From assembly GCA_010093815.1 (NCBI GenBank), contig ML996570.1: a stretch of DNA of 64,000 bases. One strand, written 5' to 3'. Source of the stretch: Pseudovirgaria hyperparasitica. Its lineage: Eukaryota. The notes beneath the pieces are model-generated. The model ran no database searches and was not told where the DNA came from. It saw only the letters and a list, made by a program, of their open reading frames with translations. Below, one piece after another: positions 38,173 through 49,271 of the stretch. How positions within the stretch are numbered: the first letter of the stretch is position 1; each line of letters begins with the position of its first letter. Position numbers and translations under genes: made by a program.

Positions 38173-39741
38173 TCAGATTTCGTCGGCATCGTATTCCTCG
38201 CGGTTGGGCACGCTCTTGGGCCCGTCCTTACGAATTGGTATTTTGATTCCCTGGGCGGCGAAGCAGCGACTCAGCTCGGTGCTCTCGACCACGCCCGGAA
38301 ACTTCTTTGCCGAGTAGACTTGGAAGGGGTCTGTAAAGTTGTATGCCAGCACGGGGGCACGGCCTTTGTTGAGGCTACCTTTGCCATCGCCAACGTCGAC
38401 AAAGTTCATCTTCAGTCTGTCGCGGGTGTGTGTGTTAGTTGGGTGTGCGAGCAGGGTTCATGGCAGGACAGGGGAGAGAGAGAGTGTGTGTGTGTGTTAG
38501 TTGGGTAAGCAGATAGAGTCAGTAGTTCTCCGCGCAACATACCGGAATACTCCTTCGGTGCGGACCGAGAGATCTTGGAGGATGAACCAGAGCCCACATT
38601 TGCCCTGGGGGTCCTTCAGCTTAAAGGCATTCACCGACAGGCTTCCAATGAGGTTGCGCGTGTACATGCCAGCAGTACCATGGTGGTGATTGACGGCGGC
38701 GGCGCCCTGAGCAGCTTGGACGGGCTGGCTGTAGTGTACGGCTTGTGGAGGCTGTGAATAGCCGACGGGAGGACTCCATTGTTGCTGTGGATAGTGTGGC
38801 ATCTGACCGCCGTATTGGGCGGCCTGGGCGGCATGAGCGGCATGGGCGGCCTGAGCGGCGTGTGCGGCTTGAGCGGCCTGGGCGGCATGGGCCATAATCT
38901 GCTGCTGCTGGGCATTTGTAACAGTCTGACGCGAGTAGATGACCTCGGGCGGAGGCGGATAGGAAACGGGAGTGGCATTGGAGATGGAGACGGAGGGAGC
39001 GCCGCCATGCGATCGCACCAGGTTCACCTCCTGTTGACCTTCCTTGTCCCACAAGTCCACGCTGAGGACCATGTATTGGCTCTCGATTTCGCTGTAGATG
39101 GTGCATTAGTCGACCGCGCAGGTCTGGTAGAACATGTGCAAACGTACTTGTAGTCTGGAATCTCTTTGCCCGTCTTGGGATCGACGATACAGAGGCGTAT
39201 GCATGGTGGTGGGGTGATGGGTCTTCGATCCTAGGGTTGCGGTTTAGCAGCTCGTTGAGTGTATGTGTGAGGAAGAAGACTCTTTGGCATCCATCGTCCT
39301 CTCTTGCGTGTGAACTCACCTTGTCGCCAAAACCACACATACGGGCTCGCAAAGGACCTTGTGCGACGATGAGGCTGTTTGTAAGATGAAATCAGATTGG
39401 TTCTGGTAATGAGAATACAGAAGACGTACGTATAAAACAAGCCGTCACGCTCGCTGGTCATGCCAAGGCCATCCAGATTGTGGGGTCTGGCAGGGTGAAT
39501 AGCCATGCTGTTTTGTGGTGGGGGCGGAGGCTGTATGTACATGGCGGCATGTGGATGCTGCATCTGTTGCGGAGGGCCAGGAGGATACTGGGCATGAGCG
39601 TGCATGGTAGCGGGCATATAGGAGGTTTGTGAGGTGACGGGAGGCAGAGAGGGCATGTGCGGGACAAGGGCATGGTGTGACTGCTGGGGCCTCTGAGGCT
39701 GTTGGGACTGTTGCAGAGGAGGTTGATGCGGAGGGGGTTGA

Positions 39742-39777
<36 letters not shown>

Positions 39778-39971
39778 GACGTGTGATGCGGCTGAGGAGT
39801 GTGGTGCTGAGGCGGCTGATGCGGAGGCGGCTGGTGCTGAGGCGGTTGATGCTGAGGTTGATGATGCCGAGGAGGTTGATGCTGAGGCAGTTGATGCTGA
39901 GGCAGTTGATGCTGAGGGGGTGGATGCTGAGGAGACTGATGGTATGATGGATGCATCATATTGGCAGCCAT
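38173..39971 (-). CDS. velB: Velvet family regulator VelB; 5 exons
   Basis: [23 protein letters not shown] and VLSVDLW...EVNLVR. The velvet domain is split by a Q/A/P-rich insert, followed by TRNLIGSL...[16 protein letters not shown] and the C-terminal [35 protein letters not shown]. Four canonical introns. Confidence 0.93.
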
Positions 39972-40752
39972 GATGCCCGGTGGCTGCGTAGCTGCAGTCG
40001 AGTCGAGTGGGAACGACCAGTTGTCAGAATAGGGACACGCTCAGACGAGGCGGCACACACGAACCTTATGTGAAGGGCGTGGTGGGTGTAACGAGAGACG
40101 AGCTCGGGATCCCAAAGACGTGGTTTGACAGATGGAAGCACTGCCTGACGGTCGAGAATGCAAGCGAATGTAGGTGAGTGTGACAAGAGAGGAGGAGTCG
40201 AGAAGGTCTGGCGGATGAGGGATATATCTGGATGAGAAAAACAAATATCCAAAGACGCGTGCGAGCGAGTGTTGCTCTAGTTACGCGTTCTTCCAAGCTG
40301 CTGGTTCCCAGAGTCGAGTGTCCCTTGGTTGAAGGGCCCGTCAGGATCCGGGTAGTGGATGGTGGAAGTTGTCAAAAGCAGTCACCGTATCATGCTCGCC
40401 ACGGGAGTAGTATGTAGTGTAGTGGAATGGAGTGTTGTGCCGTGCCGTGTCGTGTCGTGTAATTGTAATTACAGACAGCTGGAGAGAAGGTCGAGACCTG
40501 TCCAATGATGTCCTCTCTTCCTTCCAGAATGCACGTCGAAGCCAAACGTCTCTGAAAAGTAAAAAGACGGTGTTCTGGAGGTACAAGACTGCCCGGTACC
40601 GCGCAGTGCCGCGTCCCTGTCTAGGTTACACGCTCTTTCAAGACCCAGAGTCTCCAAGACCGTGTAGCTTGGTCGACACAAGCAGCAGTTGAGGATATGG
40701 GAGATGTGTGCGGACGGATGGTACGGCGTGGATCGACGACAATTGGGAGGAA

Positions 40753-41230
40753 AAGAAGAAGAAGAAGAAGAAGAAGAAGAAGAAGCAGAAGCTGTGCTCG
40801 GCCACAGATGCGGTGCGTCTTCTTGCTGGCGATAGAAGTCGGATGGTGACACGAATTGAGAGGGACTGAGCGAGTCGATGTGAAGGGCGCAGTCGGCGGA
40901 GGGGGGGAGGAGGGGAGGGGAGAGGTTGGTCGAAGAGATTGGCGGGGAATGGCGAGGAAGTGAGCAAAGAAGGAGGAGTTCGGAGCAATACGGTGTCGAC
41001 ACTCAGCACTCAGCACTCAGCACTCAGCACATTCTGTACAAACGATAATTGTCGAGAAAGTGAAGAGAGAGGGCGGACGAAAGTGTTGAAGGAGTTGACG
41101 TCGGACTTGACTTGGGATGAAGCAGATTGGTTGGTTGGTTGGTTGGTTGGTTGGCGAGAGAGAGTAGTGGAGGATTCCCTAGCACAGTAGACAATTACAG
41201 TAATTAACTAATAAGACGTGAGACGGGTGC

Positions 41231-41265
<35 letters not shown>

Positions 41266-41656
41266 GGATGCTCCACTTGGCGCGCAAACTCCACCCCCGT
41301 GCAGCTAATTACTGCCACTTTACCCTTTTGTTACCTGACAACCTTCGCCTGGGAAGCACGGCCAGCACCGCCAGCACCGCCAACAGCAGCCCAAAGTGCC
41401 CCCCGAAAGCTCCCAAGAGCCCCCAAGAAAGCCCCCCCAAAAGCCGCCGACAGTAGCCCCAGCCCCCGCCCCAGCCCAGCGTCAACGTTCCTCTTTAGCT
41501 GCAGATGGATGGCCGGCTCGATTATCGATTGTCGATTGCTCCTCTATCGTTAATTATTGTCATCACTCAAATCCTCCTATATAACGAATACATCCACATA
41601 CGACTTAGTGCTAATCAGTTGTCATATATACTGCACATATATATATATATATATAC
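40753..41656. repeat. Microsatellite cluster upstream of velB: (AAG)11, (ACTCAGC)4, (TTGG)7, (AGC)11, (AT)~10
   Basis: Tracts at ~40753-40785, 41001-41028, 41127-41154, 41232-41264 and ~41637-41656. Confidence 0.9.
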
Positions 41657-42849
41657 ACATCTTGCTACATAGCTCCTAGTCCATCCAATACATGATGCCA
41701 TGCACCCGTCCCTTACCACCATCACCATCACCATTGCTTGTCTGCCTCCAGTCTCTGCCTGTCTCCCTGTCTTATCCAGCCACGCTGCCACACAGCCAGC
41801 CAAGCTACAACAAATACAGTTAGCACCACCCACACCACCCCATCTGACAGGTCCCCCGCCAATGCAGTGCAATAGCTGCCGTCCAGTGGGATCAGATAGC
41901 GACGTCCCGCGGTGGCTTGATGCATGCAAATGTCCCCGTCTCCCCCCCCAAAATGACGCCCCGGGGGAGTGGCGGCCGACCGTTGTGCCGGTGCTTGGGT
42001 GCTTGGGTGCTTGGGTGCATGCAGTAGTGTGTGTGCCTAGTGTGTGTGTGCCTGCGTGCCTGCATTCCATCCCATCCATCCATCCAACCATGCCGCTCAT
42101 CAGAAAGTCTACTCATCAATACCTACCTAGCATGGGCCCACCAAAGCATACCACATTTCTCCCTTGGAGCACAGCATACTATAGCATACCCCCAAAACCC
42201 AGCATTCTCCAACAAAAAAATACAAGAGCAACACCATACCAAAGCACAGACAGATAACCCTAACCCAGACGACGTTCGTCATCACTCCTCGATTTCCCTA
42301 CTACTAATCAATTACTACGACCGCCCACACCAGAGCGGTCGGAAGAAAAAGTACAGTAATTATCTATGTAGCTATTGATTAGTGAAATCCCCCATCCCCG
42401 GCATCCGATGATGAACCGATGATTCCCCGTCCTTTTTTTATGTCGAATATAAAGGGTACTTGACTTATTCATATGCTTTCGGCCTTAGGCATGTCAGCCT
42501 TAGGCATGCATATACGCTAGCCTAGAAAACAAGAATAGTGCCGATACACGCTATATTACGCGATTCGGCGTCTTCATCGTCAAGCTTGCTTGCTTACTTG
42601 GCAACATACACATACACACACTGATACAGTATAATACTTACCACACCACACCACACCTGCTGAGAAGACCATGATGACATGCATATATATATATATATAC
42701 ATACACAATACAGTATCCATCACTCATCTGTGCACACTTCTACTGCCCCTCCACCACACTCCCTCCACCCACCTGCAAATACGCCACGCTAAATCACCCA
42801 ATCCACCAATCCACCACCCCATGTGCCAATCTCAGATTCTTCAACTTAA

Positions 42850-45330
42850 TTATCCAAAATGGAACAACGTCTGCTTCTTGTTCTTGTTTCCCCCCTTCTT
42901 CCTGTTGCCTGTCGCGCTCTCTTCGCCGCCGTCCACAGGTGTCTGTGTCCCGCCGCTGCTTGATGCTGAACGTGCCGGGCCTGCTGCTACACCACCGCCA
43001 CCACCCCAAGCATTCACTCCTCCCACGGCTGGGCTGTTGACGCGCCGCACTCCGGCTCCGCTACTGCCGGGCATGAATAGCGTGCTGGTTGGTTTTGCTG
43101 CTGCAGGTAATGCTGGGAATGCATCTGATGCCGTCGCTGCTGCTGCCGGCGTCTTTCTGGCTGCGTTCGTCGTTGTCGTTGACGACGACGGACCTCGCGA
43201 GACCTGTGGAGAGGGTGTGGCAGAGGCGCTGGCCGACGTCCATGGTGTCGTCCCAGATCGAGCTCCTCCTCCTCCTCCTCCTCCTCCCCCTCCAGCCCTG
43301 GACAGAGATGCATTCGCCGACGCCAGAGACGGGAAGCTATTCGCCACCGACCCTGCAGTGCCCCATCCACCCTGTCGATTCGCTGCCGATCGGGATGATT
43401 GCGCCGTCGAGCTCTTCAGCCTCAACACGCGAGAGCCCCCACCCGTCTGCTGCCCGACGCCTAATGTCGCTGCCGTCGTCGTCGTCGTCGTCGTCGATCC
43501 GCCGGGCAGTGAGGGATAGTCTTCGTGAATCGCCTTCCACTCGTTCCACGCCCGGATCAGCCCGTCCTTCTTGCTCGCAATCTCGAAAATGTCCGCCAAT
43601 TCTCTGATCAATTTCCCGAGCTCAACCGAGCTGGTGTCGAAGAGCACGAAGAACGAGTCGATAAGCTCCGATGCATTGACTGCCCCCGTTTTGTATGCCG
43701 ACACTTTGGTCTTGAATTCGGCCATCTTCGCTTGCTCTCCCTTCAACAGATTCGTTGCCCGCTCCGTCACTGCGTTGTGACGTAGCTGGCGAGCCTGTTC
43801 CTGGGGTGTCAGCTCACGAGCCGGTTGTTGTGTGGGTGCAGAGCTTTCTGCTGGGAAGGCGTCTGCTCGAGCCGCGCCACGTGGCTGTGTCGCCGTTACC
43901 GTCACAGGCTCTTGCGATCGAGAAGGTGCTTGGGCTGCAGTGGGCGCTGCGCTCAGTTGCCCGCCAAACGTTCGTGAACTGACCGACTGTGCACTGTGTA
44001 TTGCCATTTGTCGCTGGTACGCCAGCTCGTCTCGTCGCAGCGGTTGTGCAGATGACTGTGGAATCGCCTCAACATTCGGGTCACGGCCCCGCCCTCTTCC
44101 TCGTCCTCGTCCTTCTCGCCGTGGCTCTTGGTGTGGCTGTCTGTAGTCAAACCCTGACATGTCAACTCTTCTAGCATCGCGACGAGCGTCCTTGGACAAG
44201 CCATGAGGATGACTTTCCAGTTGATGCGCCTTCAGATCCAGCTCCGACTCGAACACGACAAACTTCTTGTCCAGACAATCTTGTTCTAGGCAGAGGAAGT
44301 GATCCCGCCGGAAGTGTACTTCCAGCGAGTCGTAGTTGGCATAGTACTCCTGTAGACGGCCGTCACTACGCCGGTCGCAGATATGGCAACGCTCGTGCTT
44401 GTCCCTGCAGTGTGTGTACAGTTCATCGTCCCCGTAGAATCTCTGCTTACAGAACCCACACTCCGGATGCCCTTTAAACCCGCTCTGATCTACCGCGCCC
44501 GGATTGTCGTCGCCAAACCGCTGATGCTTGCGCAAGTCGTTGTGTGTAAAAAGCTCATGCTCGTGCGTAAACACCTTCTTATTGCGCGTACACAGATCGC
44601 ACATGATCTTGTGGTGAACATTCTTAACATGCCGATGTAAATCAGGCCAGCCCAAGCATGCCACATCACAGCTCGAATCCGCACAGTTGAACCTCAACAG
44701 CAGCACCGTGTCCTCGAGAATCTCCTGTGCCTCGAATCGTATGCCCAGATTGTCGTCCTTGCGCGTGATTTCGCTATCCGTAAAGTCCTGGTACTGCTTC
44801 GTGCCGTCGTCCGTGAAGATGACGTGGTCCGCGGGCGTCCGACAGTGTGCGCACGACTTTGACTTGTATAACGCTCGGAGCCGCAACGCGCAGATGTGAC
44901 AGGTGCGATGATTGCACGGCGCTACGGCCCAGTGCACCACCGGCGACGCGCAGATGAAGCAGATCTCCCCGTCGCCTTCCTCATCGCCCTCCTCCTGGAT
45001 GTCAGCTTTCGCGGGCTTCTTGGTTGCGTCGGCGACTGCATCTGTGCCGTTCGCCGCCGCCGCCGCCGCTGGGGATGTGCCGTTTGCTGTGGGTTCGTGA
45101 GAGAGTTGTCCGCCGAATCCTCGAGGCCCTTCTTGTCCTCCTGCTCCTCGGCCTTGCCCTCGTCCTCGTTGTCCGCCTCTTCCTCTGCTGTTTCGTTGTG
45201 TGCCGTCTCCCGCTCCTCTCGACGCCGAATTGCTGCCGCCTCGTGGTCCTCCGCCTCCTCTCCGGCGACCTCCTCGAGGAGGAGAAGTCAGGCCGGGAGG
45301 TAGTTGTGGTGCCGCCGTCTCACCAGACAT
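42850..45330 (-). CDS. HEL2: Ribosome-collision E3 ligase Hel2/ZNF598
   Basis: RING domain (CFICA...PCNHRTCHICALRLRALYKSKSCAHCR), C2H2 fingers (GFKGHPECGFC...FYGDDELYTHCRDKHERCHIC), FVVFESELDLKAH and a terminal KKQTLFHFG. First ATG at 45330. Confidence 0.94.
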   Translation of the reverse strand: MSGETAAPQLPPGLTSPPRGGRRRGGGGPRGGSNSASRGAGDGTQRNSRGRGGQRGRGQGRGAGGQEGPRGFGGQLSHEPTANGTSPAAAAAANGTDAVADATKKPAKADIQEEGDEEGDGEICFICASPVVHWAVAPCNHRTCHICALRLRALYKSKSCAHCRTPADHVIFTDDGTKQYQDFTDSEITRKDDNLGIRFEAQEILEDTVLLLRFNCADSSCDVACLGWPDLHRHVKNVHHKIMCDLCTRNKKVFTHEHELFTHNDLRKHQRFGDDNPGAVDQSGFKGHPECGFCKQRFYGDDELYTHCRDKHERCHICDRRSDGRLQEYYANYDSLEVHFRRDHFLCLEQDCLDKKFVVFESELDLKAHQLESHPHGLSKDARRDARRVDMSGFDYRQPHQEPRREGRGRGRGRGRDPNVEAIPQSSAQPLRRDELAYQRQMAIHSAQSVSSRTFGGQLSAAPTAAQAPSRSQEPVTVTATQPRGAARADAFPAESSAPTQQPARELTPQEQARQLRHNAVTERATNLLKGEQAKMAEFKTKVSAYKTGAVNASELIDSFFVLFDTSSVELGKLIRELADIFEIASKKDGLIRAWNEWKAIHEDYPSLPGGSTTTTTTTAATLGVGQQTGGGSRVLRLKSSTAQSSRSAANRQGGWGTAGSVANSFPSLASANASLSRAGGGGGGGGGGARSGTTPWTSASASATPSPQVSRGPSSSTTTTNAARKTPAAAATASDAFPALPAAAKPTSTLFMPGSSGAGVRRVNSPAVGGVNAWGGGGGVAAGPARSASSSGGTQTPVDGGEESATGNRKKGGNKNKKQTLFHFG

Positions 45331-45938
45331 GCTTGCAACAAATTTTATTGCGAGTGATGTCGTCACTGGGGCTGAAATATAATATAGTGGGGGGTGGAGA
45401 AGGGTAAGTTTAGCGAGTTGAAAATAAATAATGTAGATGCGGTCCTCTGATAGTATTATGGATTATAAAGGGATGTAGAAGAGTCACATATGCCAGCGTA
45501 AGGCGCAATTGAGAGTTTGTTGTTTGGCGGTGTGGCTGTGGGTGCGGTATGGGAATGATTCATGCTTGAGTGTCGCGAACCGAAGCGTGCGTTTGTGCTG
45601 TGGCGGTTCTGTGGGTGAGGCTAGTGAGTGACTCAGGCCATCCACCGCCATCCGGATCCATGGATCCATGGATCTGATCTGATCTGGGCAGCACTGACAA
45701 GTCCAAGAGACTGTCACCAACACCCATCACCCCTTTTGCCATATGTGTTGGACTCCGGTGACTACGACATGTTGGCAGTTCTCTCCTCATGCCCTGCGTG
45801 GTCGTACCAAATGCGTACACCATCGAGCTATATTGGTGAGCTACAATTCCACGACAGCTTCATTCACATCGCAGCCCCCTACGCCGCTCAGGTGCATCGT
45901 CCCCAGAAGTACGAACACGAAGCTCTTCGATCTGGCTT

Positions 45939-46667
45939 TCACAGTTCCCTCAAGCTGCCGCTCTCATCATCAAACTCATCTCCATAGCTCTGCTCGAGCA
46001 TCCCCACAAACCCCTCTCCTGATCCCCCGCATTGTGCCTTCAGCCAGCCTTCCATGCTCAAGATATGATCAGTCGTAGATTCCACCCTCCCCTTACAAGC
46101 CTCCACTCGCCCTCTCTTTCTTTCCATCTCAACCGGGTCATTCTGGCTGTAGCCCATCAACTCCTTCTTCAGCTGCTCCACCTCTCTCTTCAACCCTTCA
46201 CTCCTCTCCATAAGCTCTCCTCTATCCATTCCGTCCGCGCCGTCATCCTCTCTCGCCTCACTGGCTTCGTCAACCTTTGCCTGTAATTCCTGCACCGAAG
46301 TCTCAGCCCTCTCAAACTCGTCGCGCGCAACGTCGAGCTGGGCTTCCTTTAGCTTCCTCTCCTCCGAGGGAAAGCTCCAGTACCAATTCCCGCTGCCGAT
46401 CTTCTCCACGTGGATCTGGTTCTCGTCGGCGAGGGCTTGGAGGTAGTCCTTGACGGCCATGCCGTTGATTGAGGCGACGGAGGGGAGGGCCTTTTCGAGG
46501 TCTTTGATGGAGTGCGCTACGCAGGAGTTGCGGAACCATTTGAGGATGATGGCTTGCTTTGCGGCTGGCGGTTGGGTCTTTGGGGCCTGTTTTGCGTGGT
46601 GAGTGGAGGGAAGTGATGTGAGTGAAGTGAGCTAGGGTGGCCGTTGATAAGCATTGTGGCTTACCAT
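45939..46667 (-). CDS. MND1: Meiotic recombination protein Mnd1; the first coding exon is ATG only, intron 46587-46664
   Basis: HSIKDLEKALPSVASINGMAVKDYLQALADENQIHVEKIGSGNWYWSFPS, followed by a coiled coil and TTDHILSMEGW. Confidence 0.92.
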
Positions 46668-47499
46668 GTTGGGCACTTGTGGCAAAGGCTGCGATTAGTT
46701 GCACAGACGAGATGAGTGTGGGTGTGAATTGAACAATGAGTGCGTGAAACAATGGTCAAGAGCTGACACCCGCGGCAGGATGTTCGGCCTCGCATTGTTC
46801 ACGCAAGAGTCACGGGAACTCCTTATCCTTCAGATTTTTGCGTCTCAATCAAGCGGTGCTAATGTGATGCCATGACAGTACAACGTCTATTATTGTATTC
46901 CAGAAGAATTGCAAGTTCGTCCTCTCAAGTAGTGCGCGAATTACTTGCACAATGGCCATCACAGAGCAACCGATAGAGCTATTGGCAGAGCTTCCGGCAG
47001 TCTACAGTCGTAGCCATCAGAGGAGAGGATAGTGTACTCCTTCATACAAGGTGTGTACCAATATCAATTGACGGAGTAAACCATCTCAAGACGCCCTTTG
47101 TGGATGACGAAACATACACGATGGTGAGACGGATACGAAACATTGTGTGTAAGTTTTCTACAATAGATTGACTAATCACCTCGGTATCGCTGGCGTTCGC
47201 CGCCGAATGACTACGATACAGCACATACTCACGGCAACTGGAACGAGGCTTCAAAGGTATCAGTAGTAATTAGTGGTAGTTTTGCATTAGCATGCATGCA
47301 TCTGTGGCTTGCAGGACCAATCCCGGCCACGGATCGGATGGGACGGCTCGCCGCTTACCGGACCTTAAAAACTGCCGCAATGGATGGACGAGTCATAACT
47401 TCAGTATCTTGTAAGACTCACCAAATTTTTTTTTCCTATTATAATTACTGCAAGATTCAGTTCGTTGCTTGTGTTTCCCCTGTCGTACTAGGAACAACC

Positions 47500-48455
47500 A
47501 TGGCACTGTATGCTCTCTTCGAAGGTGCAATTCCCGGAACATTGTCATATGCAATCATCTTCCTCCTCCCGGTACTCTACATTGGCTATTCACTTTACTT
47601 GCATCCACTTGCCCACATCCCAGGTCCCTTCCTAGCAAAACTATTCCCAGTCCCGCTGTGGATCCTCACATACAGAGGAATCGAGGCGAGCACACTGACG
47701 GCAGAACATGAGAAACGAGGCCCCGTGATTCGCATCGCTCCAAATGAAGTCTCGGTCTCAGACGGCGCTGCCCTGGCACCGATATACATATCGAAAGGCG
47801 GCTTCAAGAAGTCCGAGAAGTACGTCCGAACAACCCCTGTCCCAAGATCTCCCTCAATTAACAATCCATCTCCAGCTACACAAACTTCCACATCGAAGGC
47901 CACCCAACCCTCTTCTCCGCCCTCGACATGGACCACCGCGCCCTCCGCGCCAAAGCCGTCCTGCCCATGTTCTCCACATCTTCCATCCGCAAACACGGCT
48001 GGCACACCCTCAAAGCCGCCGCATCCCAATGGGCCGACGTCCTCGAATCCGCGAAACACTCCTCCTCCTCCTCCTCCTCCTCCTCCTCCTCTTCGCCCCG
48101 CCGCATCAACATCCTCTGCTCCGCCCGCGCCCTCGCCCTCGACTCCCTCTCCGCCTACCTCTTCGGCCGCCGCTACGGCGCCCTCGACGAACTCCTGTCC
48201 GCACCCCAAGACACCCCAGACCCCTCCTTCACCGCCGACGCCTTCGTAAACGCCTTCGTCGCCTTCGGCCGCTTCTTCAACCTCCCGCCCCCCCTCTTCC
48301 ACCTCGCCGAGTCCCTCGCCGCACACACCTCCTTCACGCCCCAAATCCACGCCAGCATCGCAGACGTCGACGCCTACGCCGCCTCCATTGTCGCGGACGC
48401 CGCCGGAGCCAACACTGCCAAACCATCCGGTTCCGACCCTCAGTCCGAAGCCGGA

Positions 48456-48490
<35 letters not shown>

Positions 48491-49175
48491 AGAAGGAAAC
48501 ACGTACCAAGCCCGCCTTCTACGCGCAGGTATCTCGCCCGCCGAAGCCGCAGCCCAATGCAAGGATCTCATCTTCGCGGGCACGGACTCGACAGGCATGA
48601 ATCTCGCTACCATCGTATTTCACCTCGTGCGGAATCCGGCCGTGTATGCGCGGTTGCGCGCCGAGGTGCTTGCTATGCCCGATGATGACGATGACGATGA
48701 GGGTGCCGATCTCATGGCCCTCCCGTATCTCTCCGCCGTCGTAAAAGAGGGTCTACGCATCAGCATGGCGAATCCCACACGTCTACCGCGCGTCGTACCG
48801 GTCGGAGGCGTGACGCTTCCGAGCGGACACTTCCTCCCTGCCGGCTCGATTGTCGGGATCGGAGCACATGCGCTGCATATGAATGCGCGGACGTTTGGGG
48901 ATCCGGAGCGGTTTTGGCCGGAGCGGTGGCTTGGAGACGGCGGCGGCGGTGGGAATGCGGAGATGATGGGGCGGGATAGTGTTGCGTTTGGGAGGGGGGG
49001 TCGGGCGTGTGTGGCGCGGAATCTGGCGGGGGTGGAGTTGTATTTGGGGGTGGAGCGGGTGGTGAGACGGGGGGTGTTGGAGGGGGCGAGGGCGGTGGGG
49101 GAGAGGGTGAGGGTGTTGGAGTGGTTTAATGCGAGGGTTGTGGGGGAGAGGATTGATGTTGTTTGGGGTGCGTGA
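47500..49175 (+). CDS. Cytochrome P450; intron 47820-47875
   Basis: N-terminal membrane anchor, HPLAHIPGPFLAK, GPVIRIAPNEVS, I-helix AGTDST, KEGLR (ExxR), PERW and the heme motif FGRGGRACVA. Confidence 0.9.
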
Positions 49176-49271
49176 GGGGGTGGTGTAGTAGCGGAGTGTT
49201 TTGCACATGTAGAATGAATGGAATGGAATGGAATGATCCCGTGACGAGAGTATGGAGTATGGGGAACCTAC

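Noticed and set aside
42255..42266. TAACCCTAACCC as a telomerase-RNA template or interstitial telomere
   Set aside because: Only two repeats in a C/A-rich context, under 600 nt of free sequence before HEL2, and no recognisable pseudoknot or P6.1. A covariance-model search would settle it.
42671..43607. 282-aa and 172-aa + strand ORFs
   Set aside because: Antisense to the low-complexity HEL2 C-terminus.
47595..48685. 304-aa and 313-aa overlapping ORFs on the P450
   Set aside because: Low-complexity alternative frames produced by the skew.
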